From assembly GCA_965261395.1 (NCBI GenBank), contig OZ253462.1:6304001-6368000 (forward strand): 64,000 bases of DNA, written 5' to 3'. Under the pieces are notes generated by a model. It was given only the letters and a program-made list of their open reading frames with translations, did not search any database and was not told the DNA's origin. Shown piece by piece: positions 27,507-35,749 of the stretch. Position numbers and translations under genes: made by a program. Each line of letters begins with the position of its first letter. Position 1 is the stretch's first letter. Origin of the DNA: Candidatus Latescibacterota bacterium. GTDB taxonomy: Bacteria; Latescibacterota; UBA2968; UBA8231.

Positions 27507-29747
27507 CGAAGCAAGGCTTTCCACTGGCCCTTGTCTGTTCCTTTACGGATACGGTTGGGCCATCTTTGAAAGGGACGCACGAGGCCTCGGGCCTTGACGC
27601 TGACGAAGAACCGATCGAATGTCAGAGGCCCGTCCCAGTCTTTTCCGGCGTAGCAGTTGGAGGCAAGCAACCATCCCTTATCGGTTGGAATACGCAGCAT
27701 CCTAGCCGCCTGTGCCCGTCGTTTCTCCTCTTGATTACCGTCCGTGTTCTCGACCCATGGTGCCACGCTCTCGAACTTGCGATTGATCGACCATGATAAG
27801 ACTTGACGCAAAGCCCTCCACCCGTCTGCTTCCCATCTCTCGTCGTCCCATTTTGCGACGAACGGGAGCAAAACATCATGGAGGTATTCCTCTCGTTGCT
27901 TCAAGAGCCGCCCCGAGATCAACTCCCTCCAGATTTCGAGGATCTCGTCCTTGTCCAATTTCTTCGCCCTTGTCTCCCAGAGCTTCAACACCTTCCGCAT
28001 TCTCGGATACAATGAGTCGGCCGGCAGCCAGTCAGGCCAATCCTCGGGACGAGTGAACAATAGCGGGCGGGCGTCGGCGAGTGCCCGCGCCGCACCTGTC
28101 CCCGTCCACCAACAAGGGACCTCTCGCAAGTATTTGATCAGTTCCTCACGGTTCCAAGAAGACACCAAAGAGACCCGCTTCAGTCCACCTCCGGCCAAAA
28201 CCCGCCAACTCGCAAAGCACTCCTTGAGCGAATCGTTGCGGCAGTAGCGGAGCAGCCGGATGTAATCCTCATCTTTGATGTCTTGGGCGTTGAAATCTTT
28301 AAGGATATTCTTCAGATCGTTAAGTCCAGACACAAGGAGGTACGCATCCTGCACCTGTTGGGTTTCGTCCCGTAGAACAGATCCGAGCCTGTCGTTCCAA
28401 AGTTGCACCTCTCTAGGCTTGACCCGGTCGCCACCTATAGTGGGAACGAAAGGTGTCTCGCATAGTGTATCCCTGATTTTTTTTTGGAGCCTCGTCAGAG
28501 ACGAAATCCCATCCGCAGAGGCAATTTTTCCGAATGCTTCCAAAGCGGTTCGCGCCGGAATATCGTTGAGCACGTCCTGAAACAACTCGCTAAACTCTTG
28601 GAGGATATCCGTGTCATATTCACCTTTCCTAACGCGCTTCCGGTTGTGCTCAAGGTCGAGCGAAGCGTGGATCAGGGCACGCGTTCCGGTATCTTCCTCG
28701 GTCGGGAAGAAAACATGGAAAGGAACGTTTGCGCGATGAGGGATGGCGTCGCCTTGTTTCGTCAGCGGAAGACAGATCGCAACCGTCAGTTGCTTGCTAG
28801 TATCAGTCGGAGCGGGACGACATTGGACCCATCTCCGCCACAAGATTGACGAGGAGCCGTTCGAATCGCGGGTGGAGAGCTTTACATTGCCGTTCGACAA
28901 TCCCGGTTCTGATCTCGTTACGTTATGTACCGTCTCGCCTTCTGGGACGCGGATGCGAACGCAAGACAATTCCTGGGCGAGAAGCAGGAACAAGGCGTCG
29001 AGATCGCGCAGCCGGGCCATAGCCGCCCTTCCCGTTTCTTCGTCGCGAAACGGAAGACGCACAACCGTTGCGTAGCCCGCAGCTAGGAGCTCCCGGACTC
29101 TGCTGTCTGGTTTGCATTCGTGAGGGAGGCGGAACGTCAAGGGAGGCGGAACGGCGTGTAATTTTTTTTCTTTGAGGAGCTCTTGGGTCCTTATTGCCGA
29201 GAATAGAAAATGAAAGGGGCCTGAATGAATCCCCGGTTCATCGGTGACCTCAAGCACTGCCTTGAAGCCTAGTCCTTTCGATCCAATGAGAACGTCGCTC
29301 GACCTTCCCTCTCCCATCGCGTCGTCTGCGTTTTGCAAAAGCTCCCAGACGAACCGGCCTCCATAGTCATGAATGGTTTCACGCTCATTGTTGAAGTCGG
29401 AAGTTACCCGATTCGGATCCTTGTAGTGATCCAATTCGTTGCAACGAATAGCCCGAACAAGCTGTTTGTCATCTGCATCGAAGTGATCCGTTACTCCGCC
29501 CAATTGCTTGTCGCTGAGATGGGATGCGCAGACGCTGATCACGCCTTTGCGGGAGAAGGGGCATCCGCCGTTCGCAATGAGAAGGGCGTCTTCATCAAGC
29601 TCAAATAGTATTTCCTTGTCCACCGGGCGATCCTTCACTTTTCTCACCTATCGTGCCACTATGCTGCGTCGCCTGTATCACCTTGTTAGCATCGTTCGAC
29701 GCCTCACCACTAGTAGCGAAAGGAGCGAGCCAGCAGCAGGGTCTTCA

Positions 29748-30836
29748 TCACTTCCACCCGTCGAACGGATTCGCCGTGCTCGCCAGCGGCAGCCCAACCC
29801 GCGCTCCGGCCTTATGCGAGGCGTGGGCCATCATCGCCATTTCCAGATAGAGCCGCGCATTCTCCAGCTCTACCAGCTCCCACTCTGGCTCCTTGCCTTC
29901 GATTATGTCGATCATGGACCGCGCCATGCGGCGGTGGGCGTTGAGCCACTTGTGCTCGTCCGGCGGCGGCGACGAAGGCACGACCTCCCAGCGTGGATCG
30001 CCGATCAGCCCGGGGTTGACCAGCGGGTGGTAGTAAATGTCCGGCAAGTTTACCATCGGCCCGGGCAGCGACAAGGTTCCCTCGGTCCCATGGATGTCGA
30101 TCCGGTAGGGGTTTTCCTTCCCATCGCCCCGGTAGGACTCGAAATCGGCAGCCACTCCGCTTGGGAACTCGTAATACGCCTTGATCCCGTCTCCAGCCAC
30201 CAAACCCATCCCTTCAACGCCTTCCTGTACATCCGACGGCGTCGCGCTGCGCCCATCCTGCGTTAGATGCGCATGACACCACAGCGGCTCTCCAAACGAC
30301 TGCCAGAGAAAGTCAAAGAAATGCGGATACAAGTCCAAAAACAGTTGATCCCCGCCATGCGCGCCGCCCATCCCATAGATTCGGCACAGTCGCGGCTGGC
30401 CGATTTTCCCCGCCTTAATCGCCGGAATCGCCACCCTCTGGACCGGCGGATGCCCCCGCCACGGATGCGCCACCACCACCGTCACTTTGGCCTTATCGCG
30501 CGCTACTATCATCTGGTCCACTTGGGCAACCGAAGCCGCCACTGGCTTTTCGAGGTACACATGCGCCCCCCGCTCCACACAATTGAGTACCAAAGCTAGA
30601 TGATCGCCGATCTCTCGCGACGCCACCACCGCAATATCCGGCTGCTCCTCCTCTAACATCTGCACGTAATCGGCGTATCCCTTGGGTGCTCCGGTCTTAG
30701 CGACAGCAGCTTGGCGTCCCGCCTCGTCGGGGTCGGCCAGCGCCACAATCTCCGCGCCTTCTACTCCAACAAAGGCCATGTCGAGGTAGTGGCCGTAGTG
30801 GCCGCGGCCGGTGTGTCCAATAATGCCAATGCGCAT
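29748..30836 (-). CDS. Gfo/Idh/MocA family oxidoreductase
   Basis: IGIIGHTGRG.YGH, YADY..ML, HVYLEKPVA, IHGTEG. Confidence 0.93.
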   Translation of the reverse strand: MRIGIIGHTGRGHYGHYLDMAFVGVEGAEIVALADPDEAGRQAAVAKTGAPKGYADYVQMLEEEQPDIAVVASREIGDHLALVLNCVERGAHVYLEKPVAASVAQVDQMIVARDKAKVTVVVAHPWRGHPPVQRVAIPAIKAGKIGQPRLCRIYGMGGAHGGDQLFLDLYPHFFDFLWQSFGEPLWCHAHLTQDGRSATPSDVQEGVEGMGLVAGDGIKAYYEFPSGVAADFESYRGDGKENPYRIDIHGTEGTLSLPGPMVNLPDIYYHPLVNPGLIGDPRWEVVPSSPPPDEHKWLNAHRRMARSMIDIIEGKEPEWELVELENARLYLEMAMMAHASHKAGARVGLPLASTANPFDGWK

Positions 30837-30921
30837 GATTCGTCCTTTCTTTCGTTAAGGGCAGACTCCAGATTTCGCTACAGCATAAGGGCAACCGATG
30901 GGGTCGTGGGTCTATTAAGTA

Positions 30922-31923
30922 TTACAATTCCACTGCCCGCCCCGTCTCCATAGACTCCTTCACCGCGTCTAACACCCGCATCTGCGCGACGCTGTGCTCC
31001 GGCGAGATCCGATGCTCCCGCTCCTCGGCCAAGCACTCGCACAGGTGCTGCAACTGCAATGCAAACTGAAAGCAGGGCGGGAATTCGACGACCTCCACCC
31101 CGCTCGGCGTGCGATGCTCTATGGTGACGGCCCGATTCTCGTTGTTCCACACCTGGTCTAGCCGCAGCATCCCGCGGTGCCCGGAAATTTCCGCGTACTG
31201 CGAGCTGAACGTATTAAAGCCCACGGCGATCTGCGCGGTGCGGCCCCCGGAAAAGACCAGCACAATCGACGCGGCATCGTCGGTCTCCAAGCCTAGCTGC
31301 TGCGCGGCAAACACCCGCTCCGGCTCCTCGCCAAACACAAACCGCGCGTGGTGAATGTTGTAACAGGCCAAGTCGTAGATACTGCCGCCGCCTTTGGCCT
31401 TGTTGAAGCGCCAATTCGCCTCGGGCGAGCGCTCTTTGAGTGCGCCTCCTGAACTGGTGCAAAACGTGCTCCGCACGCCGACTAAGTCGCCGATCTCACC
31501 GGCGTCGAGCATGGCCTTGGCCCGCAAGTGCATGGGGTGATGGCGAAACTTAAACGCCTCGGCCACGAGGACGCGGTTTTTCCTGCCGGCCGCGGCAAAG
31601 GCCGCTGCTTCGGCCGCGTTTTGGGTGAAAGGCTTTTCGCAGAGCACGGCTTTTACCCGCCCCGAATCGCAAATTTGGATCCCGGTCTCCGCGTGAAAAG
31701 CACCCCAAGTGCAGATAATGGCAATATCCAGCTCGGCCTCGTGGAGCATCGCGTCGAGCTCGGTATAGCGCGCTGCAACGCCGAACTCCTCTCCGTAGCG
31801 CGCTAGCTGATCTGCGGACACGTCGCAGATGGCGACGAGCTCGGCTTCGGCGGTCTCCTTGCAGGCCTTGCCGTGGGCGCGGGCGATACCGCCCGTACCC
31901 ACGAGGCCGACGCGATAGGCCAC
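30922..31923 (-). CDS. Gfo/Idh/MocA family oxidoreductase
   Basis: VGLVGTGGIA..H, VLCEKPF, EAFKFRHHP, GGGSIYDLACY. Confidence 0.93.
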   Translation of the reverse strand: MAYRVGLVGTGGIARAHGKACKETAEAELVAICDVSADQLARYGEEFGVAARYTELDAMLHEAELDIAIICTWGAFHAETGIQICDSGRVKAVLCEKPFTQNAAEAAAFAAAGRKNRVLVAEAFKFRHHPMHLRAKAMLDAGEIGDLVGVRSTFCTSSGGALKERSPEANWRFNKAKGGGSIYDLACYNIHHARFVFGEEPERVFAAQQLGLETDDAASIVLVFSGGRTAQIAVGFNTFSSQYAEISGHRGMLRLDQVWNNENRAVTIEHRTPSGVEVVEFPPCFQFALQLQHLCECLAEEREHRISPEHSVAQMRVLDAVKESMETGRAVEL

Positions 31924-31946
31924 GGCATTCTCCTCGCGGTTAGTGG

Positions 31947-32414
31947 TTATATCTGTGGGCTTAGGTCTTTGGGTTCAAAGAGCCGCGGCTGCAAGTAAAT
32001 GGGCGCTCCAAGGCGCGTCACCAGCACCATGCCGTCGCTGGGCCGGCAGTCGAGCACCCACTCGCCGGCTGGGGTCTCAATGTACAAGTTGGCGTGAAAG
32101 GTATTGTCCTTGATGCTGTGGACGACGAGGTGCATCACCTCCCCTTGTAGCTTCTCCAGCATCGCTTCCAACAGATCGTACGCGAGCGGGCGCGGGAAAT
32201 CCTCGTCCCGCATGGCCCCAACTAACGCCCGCGCCTCGCAGTGGCCGATGATGATGGGTAACGGCGGCACATCGTCCCCTTTGAGCACGACAGCCACCCC
32301 ATCGGCACCCAAGTCTCGCACACCGACAATTTGGGCGGGGATGAGGTCAACCGGGGGCTCTCGGCCACAGGCTGCCAGCGCAAGGGCCGCCAAGACCACG
32401 AGGAGCTGTTTCAT
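31947..32414 (-). CDS. Bifunctional nuclease (DUF151) family protein with lipoprotein signal
   Basis: LPIIIG..EA.A, RPLAYDL, TFHANL, LDCRPSD; start MKQLLVVLAALALAAC after AGGAG. Confidence 0.85.
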   Translation of the reverse strand: MKQLLVVLAALALAACGREPPVDLIPAQIVGVRDLGADGVAVVLKGDDVPPLPIIIGHCEARALVGAMRDEDFPRPLAYDLLEAMLEKLQGEVMHLVVHSIKDNTFHANLYIETPAGEWVLDCRPSDGMVLVTRLGAPIYLQPRLFEPKDLSPQI

Positions 32415-32604
32415 TATATCGCTCCTGTTTCGGTTTGAGTCTTTTGCACACGGCCAATTATAGGGGCTGTGGCCACGGCCTGCAAAGGTGAACGGGACGC
32501 AGATTGTAAAGTTGGAGCATACACTCAATAGCAGGATCATTTTCGGCCTATTGATGGAGCGCTTTACGGCAGTTCCCGCGGTGGTGGTGCTTGCACAGGA
32601 GTTC

Positions 32605-32682
32605 AATTACTAATTCAGTATTAATTAGTAATTCATTGACACTACTCCTTTCCTATTGCTAATTTAGTATTAATTAGTAATT
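32605..32682. promoter_or_regulatory. Two 29-bp palindromic operators flanking TTGACA upstream of the fic gene
   Basis: AATTACTAATT-CAGTATT-AATTAGTAATT (32605-33) and TATTGCTAATT-TAGTATT-AATTAGTAATT (32654-82); TTGACA at 32636. Confidence 0.65.
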
Positions 32683-32723
32683 CATTAGTATTAACTCCTA
32701 ATTTACCTATAATTGACTTTCCC

Positions 32724-34055
32724 ATGAATCTCCCTCAGTCCCCTCCCAAGTTCGAAGACCTGATAGCCGAAGTCACGCCGGAGCGGGTAATTCAGCTTGC
32801 CAGCCATATGCGGACTGGCGCAGGACACTACCTGCATTGGGATAAAGTCCGGTATCGCTCGCCGCCCGAGAACTTTTCCCACCGCGAGTGGTGGCTGGCG
32901 TTGAAGATCTTTCGCATCAACGCGCTGCAACCGATCAGCCTCAAAGACAAGGAAGGAAGGCCGTTCCAGTTTGCCGTGCCAGAGGGAGTCTTGCAGGAGT
33001 TACACCAGATTGATTTGGGCACGGGCGGGCTGGTGAGCATACCGGAACCCATTGTCAATCCCCAGACTCGCGACCGCTATTTGGTGCGTTCACTGATGGA
33101 AGAAGCCATCACTTCTAGCCAGCTCGAAGGTGCGGCGACCACGCGCAAAGTAGCCAAAGACATGATCCGCACGGGCCGCCGCCCGCGCGATACGAGCGAG
33201 CAGATGATCCTAAACAACTATCTGACTATGCAACGCATCCGGGAGTTAAAATCCTCGGCCCTCTCGCCGGAGCTTGTGTTGGAGATCCACCGTCTGATCA
33301 CCGACAAGACCCTAGAGGAACCGACCGCAGCAGGTCGTTTCCGCAGGCCCGATGAGCGATGCGTCGTCGGCGATGATTTCGGCCAAATCTTTCACGACCC
33401 GCCGCCCGCTAGTGAGCTGGCGGAGCGGATGAACGCCATGTGTGATTTTGCCAATGCCGAAACCCCAGCCCATTTCATTCATCCGGCTGTGCGGGCCATA
33501 ATTTTGCACTTCTGGTTGGCTTACGATCATCCATTTGTCGATGGCAACGGGCGGACCGCAAGGGCGCTTTTCTACTGGTCCATGCTGCGGAGCGGCTATT
33601 GGATCTTCGAGTTTATTTCGATCTCGACTATCCTGCGAAAGGCACCGGTGCAATACGGTCGTTCGTTTTTGTACACAGAGACGGACGACAACGACTTGAC
33701 TTACTTTTTGGTTGCCCAGACCGAGGTAATTTCTCAAGCCATAGGCGAGCTACACCGCTATATCGAGAGAAAAGCGGCCCAACTGCGCCAAGCAGAGCAG
33801 GACATTCAGGCACTTGCGTTGTTCAATCACCGGCAGGTCGCACTCATCCGCCACGCCCTGAGCAATCCAGGGCAACGCTATACCATCGCCAGCCACCAAC
33901 AAAGCCACGCCATCGCCTATCAGACAGCGCGAACCGATTTATTGGACCTCGCCAAACGCGGCGTCCTCGAAATGGGCAAAAAGGGCCGGGCCATGATATT
34001 CGTCGCCCCTACGGACATGGCCGAGCGGTTGGCGGCCTTGGAAAAGCAGTCCTAA
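32724..34055 (+). CDS. Fic family protein with C-terminal winged HTH
   Basis: EEAITSSQLEGA (inhibitory-helix-like motif), HPFVDGNGRTAR Fic motif, QTARTDLLDL HTH. Confidence 0.93.
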   Translation: MNLPQSPPKFEDLIAEVTPERVIQLASHMRTGAGHYLHWDKVRYRSPPENFSHREWWLALKIFRINALQPISLKDKEGRPFQFAVPEGVLQELHQIDLGTGGLVSIPEPIVNPQTRDRYLVRSLMEEAITSSQLEGAATTRKVAKDMIRTGRRPRDTSEQMILNNYLTMQRIRELKSSALSPELVLEIHRLITDKTLEEPTAAGRFRRPDERCVVGDDFGQIFHDPPPASELAERMNAMCDFANAETPAHFIHPAVRAIILHFWLAYDHPFVDGNGRTARALFYWSMLRSGYWIFEFISISTILRKAPVQYGRSFLYTETDDNDLTYFLVAQTEVISQAIGELHRYIERKAAQLRQAEQDIQALALFNHRQVALIRHALSNPGQRYTIASHQQSHAIAYQTARTDLLDLAKRGVLEMGKKGRAMIFVAPTDMAERLAALEKQS

Positions 34056-34231
34056 CGCGCCGAGAACCTGTACTCCGTCACTGACCGATAGACCTACATG
34101 CCTAGCTCGGCCGTGTACACTTCCATCATCTGCCCGCTCTCCGGTTCGTACACTTCCGCCACCTCCCCGACCGACAAAAGTGAACGGGACGCTATGGTAG
34201 TCCCTCGACAGTGATGCTCGCACGGACGTTT

Positions 34232-34260
34232 AATTGCTAATTCAATATTAGCTAGTAATT
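34232..34260. repeat. Third copy of the fic-associated palindrome, inside a diverged direct repeat (about 34177..34278 vs 32484..32652)
   Basis: AATTGCTAATTCAATATTAGCTAGTAATT followed by CATTGACA as in copy 1; GTGAACGGGACGC shared upstream. Confidence 0.7.
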
Positions 34261-34365
34261 CATTGACATTACACCTTTAGGCGGCAGCGGCACAAAAAAA
34301 TAAACCCGCACGGGAATGAATAGAATCAATCGATGGTCTAATGGGGCGACTACTAATTCTGAATC

Positions 34366-34415
34366 AGAACTGACCAGTCAGTTCTATTGACAAAGATCGA
34401 AGCCTCATCTATACT
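34366..34415 (+). promoter_or_regulatory. Sigma70 promoter with palindromic operator for the RND operon
   Basis: AGAACTGAC-CA-GTCAGTTCT (34366-85), then TTGACA (34387-92), 17 bp, TATACT (34410-15). Confidence 0.75.
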
Positions 34416-34483
34416 CTCTTGACGACACACGCCAAAGAAAGGAACCCCGTGGACAAAACACTCATAACTAGGGCCTGCTCCAG

Positions 34484-35749
34484 ATGACAGCTCGCCAATA
34501 TGCGCTGTACATCGGCAGCGTCTTGCTCCTCGCACTAGGCTGCGGCGACGAGGAAGACGCCCAGCAACCCGGCGGCATGCGCGGCGGTTGGGGCGGACGC
34601 GAAGCGGCGGCCATTCCGGTCAAAGGCGAAAAGGTCACTCGCGGCGACATGAGCGCCTACATCGAGACCTATGCCCGCCTCGAAGCCGAGCGCCAAGTCA
34701 GCGTCTTGGCGCGCACGACCGGCTTACTCGAGGAACTCGCGGCCGAAGAGGGCGACCAGGTGCGCCAAGGCCAAGCGATGATCCGCCTCAACAAGGACGA
34801 ACTAAGCCTAAACTTGCGCCAAGCCGAACAGGCTTTTGCCGACGCCAGCACCAACTACGACCGCATCAAGACGCTATACGAGAGCAGCATGGTCAGCCAA
34901 TCCGAATACGATACGGCCCACCTCCGCTTGGACAACGCCAAGATCTCCCTCGAAGAAGCCCAGCTCAATCTCGCGTACGCAGACGTTACCGCGCCGATTG
35001 CCGGCGTCGTCACCCAGCGGTTGGTCGAAGTAGGTGACTTAGTGCGCGGCAATCAAGAAGTTTTCGTCATCGCCGACCTCCACCCGCTGCTGGTGAAAAT
35101 TTTCGCGCCCGAGCAGCGCATGTACCAGTTACACTCCGGCCAAGAGGCTACTATCGTGGTCGAGGCCCTGCCCGACACGAGCTTCCGCGGCCGCATCCGC
35201 ATGATTAGCCCAGAGGTCAATCCCGCCAGCGGCACCATCAAAGTCACCCTCGAAGTCGCCAGCGACGGCGTCCTCAAACCGGGGATGTTCGCCACGGTGC
35301 GCATTATTACCGAGCAACGGCCCCAGACCTTGGTCGTCCCCAAGAAGGCCCTAATCCTCGAAACCGACGAGGACGACGTCTTCCTCATCGAAGCCGACAA
35401 GGTGCGCCGGGTCTCCGTCGAACTGGGCTTAGTCGAGGGCGATCAAGTCGAGATCGTCTCCGGCCTCAAAGAAGGCGACCAAGTAGTGACCATTGGCCAC
35501 GAGGGCCTCAAGGATGGTGCAGCCGTGCGGATGGCCGGCGAGGGCCTAACGCCCCCGGCGGAGTTGGCCAGCGCACCTCCAAGCGAAGGCTCCCCCCCAC
35601 CCGGGGCTAGGGGCGGCCTGCCCGACAGCTTGCGCCAAATCGTGGCCGAGTACCGCCGCGCGGGCAAGCCCCTGCCCGACAGCTTGCGCCAACGTCTGAG
35701 CGCATTGCGCGAGCAGGGCGGTGGGCGGCGGCAAGGTAGGGGCGAGTGA
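34484..35749 (+). CDS. RND efflux periplasmic adaptor subunit (lipoprotein)
   Basis: LALGC lipobox; EEGDQV..GQ, APIAGVV, LKPGMFA, EIVSGLKEGDQVV. Confidence 0.95.
   Translation: MTARQYALYIGSVLLLALGCGDEEDAQQPGGMRGGWGGREAAAIPVKGEKVTRGDMSAYIETYARLEAERQVSVLARTTGLLEELAAEEGDQVRQGQAMIRLNKDELSLNLRQAEQAFADASTNYDRIKTLYESSMVSQSEYDTAHLRLDNAKISLEEAQLNLAYADVTAPIAGVVTQRLVEVGDLVRGNQEVFVIADLHPLLVKIFAPEQRMYQLHSGQEATIVVEALPDTSFRGRIRMISPEVNPASGTIKVTLEVASDGVLKPGMFATVRIITEQRPQTLVVPKKALILETDEDDVFLIEADKVRRVSVELGLVEGDQVEIVSGLKEGDQVVTIGHEGLKDGAAVRMAGEGLTPPAELASAPPSEGSPPPGARGGLPDSLRQIVAEYRRAGKPLPDSLRQRLSALREQGGGRRQGRGE

Larger units (their letters stand above)
22741..29647 (-). pseudogene. Sacsin/GHKL-like ATPase + C-terminal DUF3883-like nuclease protein, interrupted by two IS elements
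   Basis: Removing 25929..27506 (+8 bp TSD) and 24377..25462 (+TA) restores one 4233-bp frame (1410 aa): ...QWKALLR|WAGVSW...WFQRIK|YKLRSLGV...; WELLQNADDA, IGSKGLGFKAV, HASLDL...RK, TGLAAE..., IEVK. Confidence 0.85.

Noticed and set aside
26092-27597. 501-aa plus-strand ORF
   Set aside because: Antisense shadow of the ISKra4-like transposase; no recognisable motifs.
22618-29859. 114-bp repeat as a diversity-generating retroelement TR/VR pair
   Set aside because: Only 6 of 11 mismatches are at coding-strand adenines of the orphan copy, five are not; no reverse transcriptase in the window; target is a metabolic enzyme. AT-biased drift explains it more simply.
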